In this document: positions 39,526 through 52,200 of the stretch, piece by piece | How positions within the stretch are numbered: position 1 is the first letter of the stretch | How the letters are laid out: each line of letters opens with the position of its first letter | Assembly (NCBI GenBank): GCA_030704615.1 | Contig: CM060731.1 | Location: 4,588,001-4,652,000 of the forward strand | Direction: 5' to 3' | Origin: Takakia lepidozioides | Taxonomy: Eukaryota; Plantae; Bryophyta | DNA length: 64,000 bases | The notes under the pieces: model-generated | Databases searched by the model: none | Seen by the model: only the letters and a program-made list of their open reading frames with translations | What the model was told of the DNA's origin: nothing | Program-made: the position numbers and the translations under genes

Positions 39526-39930
39526 CACTACAACAGATGAGCGTTTTTATGACTGCAAATATGACTATTTTTTCAGTCCTATATGCGTTCATGACTACAT
39601 GACTCTGAAGTGAAAAAAACGGTGTGATAGCGACTAGTCTTTAGGACTCCGTTTTGCAAGTCATAGCCGTGACTGCGTGCGTGGCACCTGGAGTCATGCA
39701 GAGGAGAGTGATGTAGTCACAACACTATGATTTACATATGACTAACTATATGACTACATTGTCTGCTGAGCGTTGCCTACATGGAGAGGCTTCAGTGGAA
39801 CACGTATACCACTGCGCAAGCGACACGTCACGCATTCGTGAGGGGATCGTATGACTATATGTCTGCAGAGCGATGCCTACATGGAGAGGCGCCGGATGGA
39901 CACGTGCGCCACTGCGGATTTGACACGTCA
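39526..39930 (+). mobile_element. CACTA left end with subterminal ATGACT repeats
   Basis: CACTACAACAGATGAGCGTTTTT matches (22/23) the inverted end at 58971-58993. Confidence 0.8.
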
Positions 39931-40599
39931 TTTTTGAATTATTTTTGAATAATATTTTTAATTTTAATAAATCAAATTACAAAATTATAAAATTTAGATT
40001 ATTAATTGATTTAAAGTCTTCATTATATTTTTGGGAAAATAGAATGGAAGGCCAACGGGGCTTGTACAAGTCTTGTAAATCATATTACAAAATTTCAAAT
40101 TGGACAAGCATCCCCACAGATGCCTCAAAGTCTAATGCGGAGCAAAAATGAAGCCAACCGACACAAGGGCAGAAGTTTTTTTAGTACTACTATAGTTCTG
40201 GTATACTACAATGAAGGACTCTATTTACAACTATCGAATGCAATACTCCTTACAATTGCATTTGGCCAACAACTCCGAAACAAACTTGGTGGCAGTGTGG
40301 CAGTCACCACACACCCGAAGATTCTTCACGAAATGGAGAGACATCCATGCAGCTCATCAACCCAAAACCTCGATTGTCCCACCATTGACTGGGGTCAGAA
40401 AAGTTCCACAACTTCTCCTCGTCTCTGTTACCTATTTTTGGATACTTTCATGTTGTCACGTTGGCAATTTCATGTCAAAGTCACTCCAAACTATCAAAGG
40501 TTCACTCAACCAGCTAACTTGTAGAATTCATAATGAAAATTGAGGGCCGATTCTGATAGGAGGGAAAAACAGGGTGAAATGTGTTGAAGAATGTGCCTT

Positions 40600-43500
40600 G
40601 ATTAACAGTGCCTGATTTGATCAATTGTGTCGCTGCTGCTGTGGCTTCCAGTTGACCATCTATCCATGCAGGTTTCTTGTACCTATCATTCCACAGCGAA
40701 TCATAGGTAATCTGGAGCATGAAATTCGGCCCTCTGGGATGAACTTGGACCCACACTCTATCCCTGCTCCTTCAGCTATCCATGCCTCTGCACAAAATCA
40801 TGCATACATCCTCGCATTGCTGCTAGCAGCTGACAATGACAGCCTAGAATTGTTCCAGCAAACACCCCAACCCTACTTATCACACTAGTTCATATGCTCA
40901 ATTGCATCTGCTACTCTCTATAATCCAACAGGCGTTCACCTTCTTGCCTCAATTGTCCCACCATTGACTGGGTTAGAAAAGTATTCATTCCACAGCTTTT
41001 CCTCGTCATTTGCCGCTAGGTCTCCCAAGCCTCCATCTTGCGCCCTTGCTGTGCATATCCTGCAATCATCACACTCCACAACACCACATGTCGTTCAGCC
41101 ATAATGTCGAACACTCCTTTTGCATTCTCAATGCACCCACATTTGGCATACATGTCCACCAGGGCAATGTTCAAAATGATATCAGGTGCAATTCCAGATT
41201 TGATGATGTCACCTTGGATCTCTTTGCCCTTTTCCAGGGCTTCCAGGCTTGCACAAGCATTGCAAACACACATAAACGTGATCTGGTTATGCTTCACCCC
41301 TTCCCCCATCATAGGTCTCCAAGGCCTCCATCCCGCGCCCCTCCTATGCATCTCCTGCAAGTAGGGCATTACATGACACCATATCTTGTTCAACCATACT
41401 GTCGAACACTCCCTTTGCATCCTCGATGCACCCATATTTTGCATACATATCCACCAGGGTATTGTTCAGAATCGGGTACAATCTAGCTCTGAAAATGTCA
41501 CCATGGACCTCTTTGCCCTTTTCCAGGGCTGCCAAGCTTGTAGAATCATTGCAAATGCACACAAACGTGATGTGGTCAGTGGGCTTCACCCCTTCCCCCA
41601 TCATTCGATCATAGGTCTTCAAAGCCTCCATACCATGTCCATGCTGTGCATATCCTGCAAGCATCGCGTTCCACGACACCACAAAATGTTTAGCCATAGT
41701 GTTGAAAACTCCCTTCGCATCCTTAATGCACCCACATTTGGCATACATGTCCACCCACTACAGCAAAAGGGGGGGGGGGTTTGCGACGCCAGCCGTGCCC
41801 CCACGCCCCGCGCGGCGCCGAGCCCGCGACATTTTTTTGCGACGTCCCGGCGTCGCAATCCCCCGCTGCGACATCATTACGACGCCCAGCCGTCGTAAGG
41901 TGGCATGAAGGGGGAAAGAGGGCCCTCGCTGCGACGGATTTTTTTTCTTGTGACGCCCAGACGTCGGAATATATATATATATATATATTTATTATTTTTT
42001 TGTTAAAGACGTTGCGACGCCTCAGCGTCGCAAAAGCGTCATTAAAGGCATCCCAGCGCCTCTGCAACGCCAAGGCGTTGCAATAGCATTACCACAGTGG
42101 GAGTTTTTTTTTTTTTTTTTTTGGCTTTGCGGCCTTCAACTTCACAAAAGCGTCACTGGGGGCGCCCCACGCTGGGACGCCCAACGTTGCGACGTCAGGG
42201 GTCGCCACAGGGGTTCGCAATGGTGTTATGGTCAGCTTAGGTCCACACAAGGACGTCGCTTGGGGCACCTAGCGGTGGCGGGGTACAACAACGGCGAGGA
42301 TGCTGGAGCTGGGGCTAGGACTGGGGCTGGGTACTAAGGCTGTGGAGACGCTTTTCCAGGAGCAATCTCGCTTATATATATGTGGCTGGATCACAGCTCT
42401 CCTCACCTACATAATTCCCATAGATTAGACACGTGGGTCTCCTTCAACGCTCCATCTGGTTACGGATTAGAGTCCAGCGTGGGGATACTCCCCGGCGTCA
42501 CAAGAGAGACCCCCTTAGAAGGAACTTGAAGGAACTTGAAGGAACTCTTTATATGTATATATATATACTTCTTTTGCGATACATAGATGTAGTGTAGGTG
42601 TGTTGGTTAGTTTGTAGTGTCTTAGAAATGTTATAACGTGGAGGTCTTAGGTTCAAATATGCGGTGCATGATATATGTAGAACAATGAACATATCGTCAT
42701 TAGACAGAACCGGAGTCAATGGTCAACAAGTTTTTGAAATTCAAGTTTCAAATTCAAATTTTTCCTGCCTAAATTCAAATGTACCCCCCTTAAATTGTGG
42801 CGTCTGGGCACTTTGCGACCCCCGGCCGGTGCTAATTCTGCATTGCAGAATAGGGGTTTTTTTTTTTTTTTTTTTTTTTTTCGACACCCAGGCGTCGCAA
42901 ATCGCAGTTTCGCATATTTGCGACCCCCATTGGTCGCAAATTTGCGACGTTTTTTTGGCGACGGGCTTGCGACGCCCAGACGTCGCAAATTTGGTTTTTT
43001 TTCCCGCCCGAAAAGGGCTGTTTTACGACGCCGCGGCGTAAAAAAAACCCCCCATTTTCCTGTAGTGACCAGGGCAGTGTTCAGAATGACATATGGTACA
43101 ATTCCAGTTTTGACGATGTCACCATGGACCTCTTTTCCCTTTTCCAGAGCTCCCATGCTTGCACATGCATTGCAAACCCAAACAACTGTGTTGAGCTTCA
43201 TCCCTTTGCGCATCATTTGCTCATAGGTCTCCAAAGTTTTCCTACCACACTCATGCTTGGTAAATCCTGCCAACATTATATTCCACGTGATCAAATATCG
43301 TTGAGGCATTCTGTTAAACACTTGGTGAGCATCCATGATGCTCCCGCACTTAAGGTGTTGAGTAGAAAAACATTTGGCGTGAATCCACTTTGGATAATGT
43401 GAGTGTGCACCTGCTTTCCAGCTTCCAGACCTTCCATCTTGATGCACTTAAGCAAGAGACAGACATACATACCTGAATCTGCTGAAATGCCTCATTGGTC

Positions 43501-44522
43501 TAAAGTTTGTAGAGCCTCTGTCACTCTGCCTGCCGCAAAGCATCTTCACATGCCTAGAAGTGCAGCCAGAAGAGGCATTGTGGACTCCCTCTCTTGATTC
43601 TCTTTCAGAAGCTGTGGGCATGGTTGAGGTGTCTGGTTTTATAAACTGTGTTGCTGCAGCTGCAGCCTTTAGTTGACCATCTACCCATGCAGGTTTTTCT
43701 TGTAGCTATTGATCCACAGGGAATCGCATCTAATACAATTCTAGCTTTGGCGATGCAACCATGCACCTCTTTGCCCGTTTCCAGGGCTTCCAGGCTTGCA
43801 CACGCACTGCAAACGCACACAAACCTGATGTGGTCGGGCTTCACCCTTCCCACATCATTTGCTCATAGGTCTCCAAAGCCTCCATCCCGTGCCCCTGTTG
43901 TGCATACCCTGCAAGCATCGCATTCCACGACACCACATCTCGTTCAGCCAAAGTGTGGAATACTCCCTTCGCATCCCGAATGCACCCACATTTGGCAAAC
44001 CTGTCAGTTTAGGATGACATCTGGTACAATTCCAGCTTTGACGATGTCAGCATGGACCTCTTTCCCCTTTTCCAGGGCTCCCAGGCTTGCACACGCATTG
44101 CAAACACCAACAAAGGTGATGTGGTTGGGCTTCACTGGCCCTTCGCGCAACATTTGCTCGTAGGTCTCCAAAGCATTCCTACCACACCCATGTTAAATCC
44201 TGCCAACATTATATCCAACGTGATCAAAGTTCGTTGAGGCATTCCGTTGAACATTCGGTGTGCGTTCATGATGTTCCTGCACTTAACATACATGTTCACA
44301 AGGGTGTTGAGGAGACAAACACTTGGCGTGAATCCACTTTGGATAATGTGAGTGTGCACCTACTTTCCAGCTTCCAGACCCTTCATTTTGATGCACTTAA
44401 GCAAGAGACAAACATACATATCTGAATCTGCTGAAATGCTCCTTGGTTTAAAGGTTGTAGAGCCTCTTTCAGTCTGCCTGCCTCACAAAGAATCTTCACA
44501 TGCCCAGAAGAGCTAGAAGAGG
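40600..44522 (-). pseudogene. Scrambled PLS-class PPR gene fragments (repeated N-terminal leader plus P/L/S motifs)
   Basis: ALVDMYAKCG.IEDAKGVF..M, VVSWNAML.GYAQHG.G.EAL, ITFVC.CNACASL.ALEKGKEVH. Multiple frameshifts; no E or DYW domain seen. Confidence 0.9.
41756..43067. mobile_element. Non-autonomous CACTA element inserted in a PPR motif
   Basis: CACTACAG...CTGTAGTG ends, 3-bp TSD ACC on both sides, GCGACG subterminal repeats. Confidence 0.95.
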
Positions 44523-44849
44523 TGTCAAGTTATTTTACCACTAGTGTGAAACTAGCTAGGAAATAGCTAGCTTTTACATATTGACATTTGGGATTGGCCC
44601 AAGTGTCAATCCAGGGGTCAAGGCAGATTTAGGCCCTGGAGTGGTTATCTTCACGGCAAGCGCGGGAGGCTCATCTTTCTCGAGTTGAGCCTCACCGCGC
44701 CTACCTATGGCGCCGTAGTGTGGATTCCCCATGGCGTGGGGTGCACTTGGCTTGACTTGTATTTGAGTGATGAGGTTATATATGCATGAGTTTATGCTTC
44801 AGCTTTGTGAGCTCGCATGAGCTTGTGCTTGTATTCTTCTTCTTTATCA
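44523..44849 (+). repeat. LTR segment A (5' copy)
   Basis: About 4 differences from 55892-56216. Confidence 0.95.
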
Positions 44850-46380
44850 CTCGAGAAAGATCAGCTCGTATCTGTGAGTGCCAGATATGAGTTAGTTGTA
44901 GCACTTGTGGTTTTTGCTTGAGAATGAGAGAAACCAAGTTGTTATGCAAGGAGCACCGTGGAGCTCTTGGTTGCTAGAAGCGGAGGCGATGTGGGTTACG
45001 AGGTGGTAGACCTTGGCATTCGATCTTCAGCTTCAGAGATGAAAGCACCATGCTGCAGGTAATTCCAGAGCACCTTGATGGTTCCAGATTGTGTACATGC
45101 ATGAGCAAGCACGATTGGGAAGAGGACCAGTCAAGAGCAAGTTATAGTGGCTTTGGTGGCAAAGCTGAGAACTGGACTTGGGAATGCGAGCTTTCATTGT
45201 GTGAAGGATTGCAAGACCAAGCGAAAGGGCTGATTTGGCTTGGGGCAAATCAGTGCACTTTATGGAGTATGGTGAGATTGGGTTTCAATCTCGAGCTTCA
45301 GCATTGAGAGGGCTCTTGTCATGGCAAGAGCAGGGCTGGAACAGGAGCTAAGAGGTGCGGCAAGGCCATGGAATGTGCACCTAGGGTTTCAGAGCTTGGA
45401 AGAAGAGCTCTTGCACCACAAGAGAAGTGTCTTGTGGCTGGAAATGTAAGCCTTAGGGTTTCAGGAGCTTGGCAAAGGCTGTGGAGTGCTTAGTCTTGTC
45501 TTAGAGAGCATCAAGAGCCAAGGAGCCAAGATAGGGGGCTGATATCTCTTGTGTGAAGAGGTTGCATGTGTGGAGCATGTATTCAGCTCATTGAAGCTTC
45601 CATCTTCAAGCTTGGAGGGCAAGCAAGGAAGAGGGAAGGGCTGACTTCCCTTATGTGAGGGCAATGCATGTGTGGAGCATGCTATCAGCCTGATGAAGGC
45701 TTGCACTTTCAGGTGTGGGAGTGCAAGAAAGGAAGGAAGGGGCTGGTTTCCCTGTAGGGCATGTGGAGCATGCTTTCAGCCTGCTGAAGCTTGTATTTTC
45801 AGGTTTGTGGGTGCAAGAAATGAAGCAAAGGAGCTGATTCTCTTATGGTGAGAGTGGGGCATATGTGGAGCATGCCTTCAGCCCATTGAGGCTCTTGTTT
45901 TCAAGCTTTAGAAAGCTAGAATGGAAGGTCTAGGGCTGGTTTCCACTTGGAGTGAAAGAAAAGCACTTGTAGGGCCTATGTGAGTTGGGGTTTCAACTTC
46001 AAGCTTGAAGGGAGCGCAACTCTTGAAGCAGCAGGTGTAGGGGGCTTGAATAGGCTCTAAGACAGATGTTATGGCCAAGGAGAGTGCTTGAATGAGTGCT
46101 CACAAGGGCTGGGAACCAGCAGGGCTTGGTTGTTTGCCATTGAGTTTAGTGGCGTGTTTGGGGAGGCTAAGTGAGAAAGAAGGCTTGGTTTGTGGCAACC
46201 ACCTCATGGCTTAGGGCTACTATGGTGGTGTGTGGGAGCCGAAAGAGCAAGAATACCTTGCTGATTTCCTCACAGCCACCATAGCTCGGTGGAAAGAAGC
46301 CTAGAGTCCAAGAGACACAAACCCTAGCTTGGCATGGCTAAACCCCTTAGAGAAATGGCTAAACTGCCAGAGCGGCCATG

Positions 46381-47640
46381 GATGGGGCTGTGACGGGCTG
46401 TGCTTGAGGCTGTGAGGGGCTGTGACAGGCCGTGCCTGAGGCTTGTGGGGCTGTGACAGGCTGTGGCGAGCTGTGACGGGCTGTGAGGGGCTGTGACAGG
46501 CCGTGCCTGAGGCCTTTGGGGCTGTGACGGGTTGTGACGGGCTATGTCAGGCCGTGCCTGTGGCCTGTGGGGCTGTGACGGGCTGTGAGGGGCTGTGACA
46601 GGCTGTGCCCGTGGCCTTTGGGGCTGTGAGGGGCTGTGATAGGTTGTGCCTAGTGGCCTGTGGGGCTGTGACAGGCCGTGCCTGAGGCCTTTGGGGCTGT
46701 GACGGGCTGTGAGGGGCTGTGACAGGCCGTGCCTGAGGCCTTTGGGGCTGTGAGGGGCTGTGAGGGGCTGTGACAGGCCGTGCCTGAGGCCTTTGGGGCT
46801 GTGATGGGCTGTGAGGGGCTGTGTCAGGCCGTGCCTGTGGCCTGTGGGGCTGTGACGGGCTGTGAGGGGCTGTGACAGGCTGTGCCCAGTGGCCTGTGGG
46901 GCTGTGATGGGCTGTGCGGGGCTGTGACAGGCTGTGCCCAGTGGCCTGTGGGGCTGTGACGGGCTGTGATAGGCTGTGGCGAGCTGTGACGGGCTGTGCG
47001 GGGCTGTGACAGGCTGTGCCCAGTGGGCTGTGGGGCTGTGACGGGCTGTGCGAGGCTGTGACAGGTTGTGCCCAGTGGCCTGTGGGGCTGTGATGGGATG
47101 TGACGGGCTGTGACAGGCTGTGCCCATGGCCTTTGGGGCTGTGATGGGCTATGAGGGGCTGTGACAGGCCGTGCCTGAGGCCTTTGGGGCTGTGACGGGC
47201 TGTGAGGGGCTGTGACAGGCCGTGCCTGAGGCCTTTGGGGCTGTGACGAGCTGTGAGGGGCTGTGACAGGCCGTGCCTGAGGCCTTTGGGGCTGTGACGG
47301 GCTGTGACGGGCTGTGTCAGGCCGTGCCTGTGGCCTGTGGGGCTGTTACGGGCTGTGAGGGGCTGTGACAGGTTGTGCCCAGTGGCCTGTGGGGCTGTGA
47401 CAGGCTATGCCCAGTGGCCTGTGGGGCTATGACGGGCTGTGCCCAGTGGCCTGTGGGGCTGTGATGGCTATGAAGGGCTGTGAGAGGCTGTGCCCATGGC
47501 CTTTGGGGCTGTGAGGGGCTGTGACAAGCCGTGCCTGAGGCCTTTGGGGCTGTGAGGGGCTGTGAGGGGCTGTGACAGGCTGTGCCCAGTGGCCTGTGGG
47601 ACTGTGACGGCTGTGACCAGTGAGCTGTGTGGGCCTGTGC
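46381..47640. repeat. GC-rich minisatellite (GGGCTGTGA[C/G] 10-mers in 50-60-bp higher-order units) in the element leader
   Basis: Directly visible tandem array. Confidence 0.95.
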
Positions 47641-48441
47641 TGGTCTGTGGTGGCCCGTGTTGACCTGTGGACGGCCTGTGCTGACTCGTGGAGGCACTGG
47701 TGGACTGCCTAAGGACTGGCATGTGGTCTGGAAGGCCGAATTTTGAAGCTCGTGGAGGGCGGTTTGAGGAGTATCTTCATGATATTCCCATGGTCATGCA
47801 AGTGAGGGAAGAGATGAGAGGAAGAGTGTTGGGATGAGGGCATGCTGGGGTTAGGAATTGCTTTAGCTTCTCTTCCTCGTAGTTTCCACCCTCTCATTAG
47901 GCCAAGACCTTTCCGTAGGTGGAGGCAAGAGTCAGTCCGGGTTTGGGCTGGGGTGTCCTTGCAGGAGCAACACCGTGGAGTTGTTTTTGGTGTGGGGGAG
48001 TTGTCGTTCTGATTTCTTGTGTTTGGATCCCCTCCATACCTACATGCTTGACTGTGCGCCATGCTAGTTTTGTGTGGGCGCTTGTTTTTATAGGTGATTG
48101 GTCCAGATTTGATCACCGGCCAGTCCTAGAGCATGCTGTCGATGGTGAGGCTGGGGTGATGACCAGCCAGACCATCATTGTTTCTCCTGTGGTGAGGTTG
48201 GAGGTGATGACCAGCCAACCATAGGAGTGCTTGCGGTGGATGCAGGTACAGGTGTAGGCTATGTTAGGAACTTAGTATTCCAAACCATAAGCCGCAACAG
48301 GTTCTCTACCCGGTTACCTTGTGGAGAGGGGGTTATGGACATGTTCATGACCGGTTGAGTGTCAACACGGAGGTGCCACTAGTTGCTGGGGACAGTGTCG
48401 ATTCAAGCACTAGCGATACTAGTGGGTACACGAGATGAGGT

Positions 48442-50346
48442 GTGCGGTTTAGGCCACCTTCACCTCCTGTGTCTTCCACGGAAGGTTCTGATTCGGATTG
48501 TGAATCAGGAGGACTCATACCGGCGGTGCAAGTTGTTTCTTTGCCATTGTTGTGGGACACAATGGAGGAGATGTATGGAGCTACCAAGGGGCCACGAAGG
48601 TACTCTGGGGCGGTGGGCACCATCGAGTTGGATGATTTTATCCAAGAGTTTGATAGTTGGTGTGATTTGCAGCAAATGCGCAATCCACAACTATTTACGC
48701 CGTTCATGGCATGGAAAGGGCTGTTTCAGCACCTTGAGGGGCCGCCTATGGATGATTACCATGAGTTCAGGCGGGGGCATGAGGTTGAGATCAAGGAGTG
48801 GAGGATGTACTGGTCACCCGACTATGTCTCCATCACTAGGGGCACTAGAGCCACGAGGGCAGTGGCTACACCTGCCGCTGCACCGGCAGCTTCAGCAAGT
48901 AGCAGTGGAAATAGTGGGACTGGTGGTACAGTAGCTACGACGTCCACCCAAGCCACTACCGCACCAGCACTAGCACCCGTGCCTGCCTTCAACCCTGTTG
49001 TGGAGTTCTTCGAAGAGTTGAGAGGGAACTACCAAGGGGTGAGGACAGAGAAGTTGCGGAGTTTGCAAGAGTTCCAACGGAAGCCGACCGAGAGCTTGAG
49101 GGAGGCTTTCACTCGCATGAGGCGCTTGATAAATGTAACCCAAGGGGTTACGGAAGCTCAGGCAGTCCAATTCTGGTATGGGATATTGGACAAGGAGCTG
49201 AGGAGAAGGGTGCGGGGTGCAACTCTCCTACAAGCGGCCCAACCCACCTTAGCAAATGTGTTTTTGCTGGCAGAGCGGATAGAGCTCAACATGGTGGAGG
49301 AACGAGTGGTCATGGTGGGATTTGCTAAGGAGACACCACGGGGTAGTGGTGCTCCTAGCCAACCACTACCTCAACGTGCTCAAGGCAACAAGGGGGCTCA
49401 GGTGAAGCTCAGGGAAGGGCAGAGAGGACCTCAGATGCAGGGGTCTCTCCCTTCATTTGCTGGCCAACAACGGGCGGATGTGGTGTGCTGGACATGTGGA
49501 GGACCCCATGTCAAAAAGGATTGCCCAGAGGGAGGCAAAGGGTCGGCACATGCACAGCCTGCACAGTTGCAGTGTGGGCATTGTGGCAAGCACGGGCATG
49601 GAGAGGCCCAGTGTTATGGTTTGCATCCTGAGTTGCGCCCAGGCCAGTTCCAAGGGAACAATGGTGGCCGGGGGCGAGGTGGAGCAGCCCAGAGAGGACG
49701 AGGTGGCCAGCCACGAGGCCAAGGGCAAGCTCAATGTGGCCAAGGACGCGGAGGTCAGGGTGTTGACCAAGGCATGGCCAACCGGCTTCAGCAGCTAGAG
49801 CAGAGGCTCGCTGCCATGGCTACAGCTCAGGTGGTACCGGCTCTAAGGCCGGATGGTCCACCTCCCGCTCCTGAGGGAGGAGATATGGGAGGCATGGGAT
49901 TCATGTGTGGAGCAGCACTACCACTAGTGCAGGTGGAGTCTGCTGCAGCCGTGACTCGAGGAGCAGCACGAGTTCCTGAGCCACGAGGTGCAGAGGTGGA
50001 GTTGGATCCACAGCGTGGGGAGGCAAGCCGTCAGGCTAGGCTTCCTCAGTCATTCACATTGGCGGAGACAGTGTCGACGCCATCCATGGCACCTAGTTCT
50101 CGCCCGACGGTTACCGAGGCGGAGGTTACTATGCCATTGGGGAGAGCTACACGGGTAGCACCACTACCTAGTGTTGCCAAGGCTGTGGCAGCTAGTGTGC
50201 TGCTAGGAGCGGCCACATCTGTGTGCCAGGCTCCATTGTTCTCGGCTACCATGATTGCGACGCCGGGGGTAAAACCAGCTGAGGTGTTCAGGCTGGCAGC
50301 TACACTCTGTGAGAGTGGGAGGTTACTTCATCTTCTGCGGAGATAG
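48442..50346 (+). CDS. gag: gag with two zinc knuckles
   Basis: LQEFQRKPTESLREAFTR; CWTCGGPHVKKDC; CGHCGKHGHGEAQC. Confidence 0.85.
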   Translation: MRFRPPSPPVSSTEGSDSDCESGGLIPAVQVVSLPLLWDTMEEMYGATKGPRRYSGAVGTIELDDFIQEFDSWCDLQQMRNPQLFTPFMAWKGLFQHLEGPPMDDYHEFRRGHEVEIKEWRMYWSPDYVSITRGTRATRAVATPAAAPAASASSSGNSGTGGTVATTSTQATTAPALAPVPAFNPVVEFFEELRGNYQGVRTEKLRSLQEFQRKPTESLREAFTRMRRLINVTQGVTEAQAVQFWYGILDKELRRRVRGATLLQAAQPTLANVFLLAERIELNMVEERVVMVGFAKETPRGSGAPSQPLPQRAQGNKGAQVKLREGQRGPQMQGSLPSFAGQQRADVVCWTCGGPHVKKDCPEGGKGSAHAQPAQLQCGHCGKHGHGEAQCYGLHPELRPGQFQGNNGGRGRGGAAQRGRGGQPRGQGQAQCGQGRGGQGVDQGMANRLQQLEQRLAAMATAQVVPALRPDGPPPAPEGGDMGGMGFMCGAALPLVQVESAAAVTRGAARVPEPRGAEVELDPQRGEASRQARLPQSFTLAETVSTPSMAPSSRPTVTEAEVTMPLGRATRVAPLPSVAKAVAASVLLGAATSVCQAPLFSATMIATPGVKPAEVFRLAATLCESGRLLHLLRR

Positions 50347-51245
50347 TGGGAGGTGTAGTGCCGGAGGGATCCTCGGATTTGAGGGTCAAGACTGCCACGG
50401 CGGCGCCATGGCAAGCTGCAGCTGCCAGGTTGATGGAGCTGCCAGCTAGGCCAGCCATTGAGCGCGCCATGGTGACACTTGGAGTTGTCATGTTAGACAA
50501 CCAGGATGGCATTTTCTGTTTGAGTGGACCGGCAGGCAAGAGGTACCGGCCACTGCGGGTCTTGTTGGACTCGGGAGCTCAGCCATTGATGCTGGGCAGA
50601 GCTGCTATTGCAGGCTTGGGCCTCACGGAGGCGGATATGGAGCCTTGTCCTTTCCAGATACAGACGTCTTTGGGAGGATCGGAGCAGGCTCGGGGCATGA
50701 CACGGCGTGAGTTGGCTATCAGACTACGGCCGGATCACCCTACAGATGGCTCAGTGATGCGAGCCAAGGCCATTGTGACAGACACAGTCTCATACGATGT
50801 CCTGGTTGGTAGGGCAGTGTTGTACCCCATGGGCTTCACCCTGGATTTTTGGGAGGAGTCAGCTTCCTATAGGCCTGTATGGCAATCAGGGGAGGGCCGG
50901 CGTGTGCAGCTCCCTGTGACGTTCATAAGAGGAGTTACGGTTGCCCAGCGAGGCAAGATGCCGACACTAGCAGCATTCACAGCGGCAGTGAGTTGGCCTA
51001 GAGAGTTGCTTGAGGGCAATGCTCATTCAGAGGATGTACCACCTCCGGGAGAGCAGGATGACATGTATGGTATGGCGGAGTTGCCTACCATGGTTGCTCA
51101 GACTCCATTGTGGGGCACGAGCAAGGATTTGCAGCGGGATGCTGATTGACGGGTGCAACAAGCCTGGGTGGAGGCTTTTGTACCGTCAGGAGAGGAGGAG
51201 AGTGTGGGGATTGCACCAGGACCTATTGTGTGGTAGTATCCGGAC

Positions 51246-52200
51246 GAAGGCATTTGTCTTCTGGACTTGTTTGGCGGGATCAGCACCGGATTGGCTGTTG
51301 TGTTACAAGCAAGTGTACGAGTTCGGCGTTACCTGTATGTGGAGAGGGATGAGACTGCACGACGCGTTTCACTTCGCCATGTTGCTCAGTTGGTGCAGCG
51401 GTACCCTGAGTTGTTGTCGGTGTCTGCAATTCGTGGATATCAGCAGGCTTTGCCAGCAGACATTTCGTTGCTGGGGGCGCAGGATTTGGAGCGAGTTGGC
51501 TCCATTGATCTGGTAGTGGCAGGTTGGCCCTGCCAAGGGCATTCATCAGCCGGGCATGGCAATGGATTGCGAAACTCGAGGTCGGGTCTGTTTTGGGAGA
51601 TGGTGCCGGTTTTGCGCCACTTGCAGCTTCATCAAGCTGTATCTCCAGCATACATCTTGGAGAATGTGTCACTGATGGGCGATTCTCGGGCCAGGGTGAT
51701 GGCCAGTGTGCATCAAGTCTGGTCGTGGCTTGGGTCAGCAGTGTTGCTAGATGCAGCTACAGTGGGGTCACGGGCTCATCGTCCACGGCTATGGTGGACT
51801 AACTTGATGCCACCCGCACTGCTCAAGCGTGCATTTGATGGGGTGCAGCGGCCAGCACATCTCACAGTGGATAACATTCTGAACACAGGGAGGCAGTCTC
51901 AGCGTGTGAGACACGATGACCGTTGCCTTTGGCAGTGGTCAACAAGGTGGGTCAACCACGAGCAGCATTACCTACACTGCTCAGCTTCCCAGGATCGCAT
52001 GCTTTCCGGGATAGTGGACCTGGCCTTTTGTGGGATGCTCAGTTGCAGCAGTTAGTGGAGCCTAATGCTGACGAGCGTGAGCGGGCAATGGGTTTTACCA
52101 CTGGTACCACGGCGGTGTCGTCTCTTTCTGAGGCATCACGTCGTCAAGTGTTGGGGCAAGCAATGGATCTCAATTGCTTGACCTGGATTATCAGCTTGGC
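51246..52200 (+). pseudogene. DNMT3-like C5 cytosine methyltransferase domain within pol
   Basis: Motif I LDLFGG, II YVE, IV GWPCQ, VI ENV, VIII AHRPRLWWTN, IX-X ERERAMGF...RRQVLGQAM. Confidence 0.92.

Noticed and set aside
39501-39530. Helitron 3' end (hairpin CCGGC-CGAA-GCCGG)
   Set aside because: It is followed by CACTAC of the CACTA TIR rather than CTRR, and no matching 5' end was identified.
40514-40756. KKPAWID as a possible DYW:KP (U-to-C editing) PG-box
   Set aside because: The paralogous segment at about 43600-43720 lies upstream of the first PPR motif, so it is N-terminal leader; no HxE/CxxC deaminase motifs follow.
46324-47722. Long minus-strand ORFs (267, 126 and 84 aa) and a CRISPR-like appearance
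   Set aside because: They are translations of a minisatellite; there are no unique spacers or cas genes and the context is eukaryotic.
51246-52200. Bacterial restriction-modification gene or contamination
   Set aside because: It is in frame within a Gypsy pol and no endonuclease partner is present.
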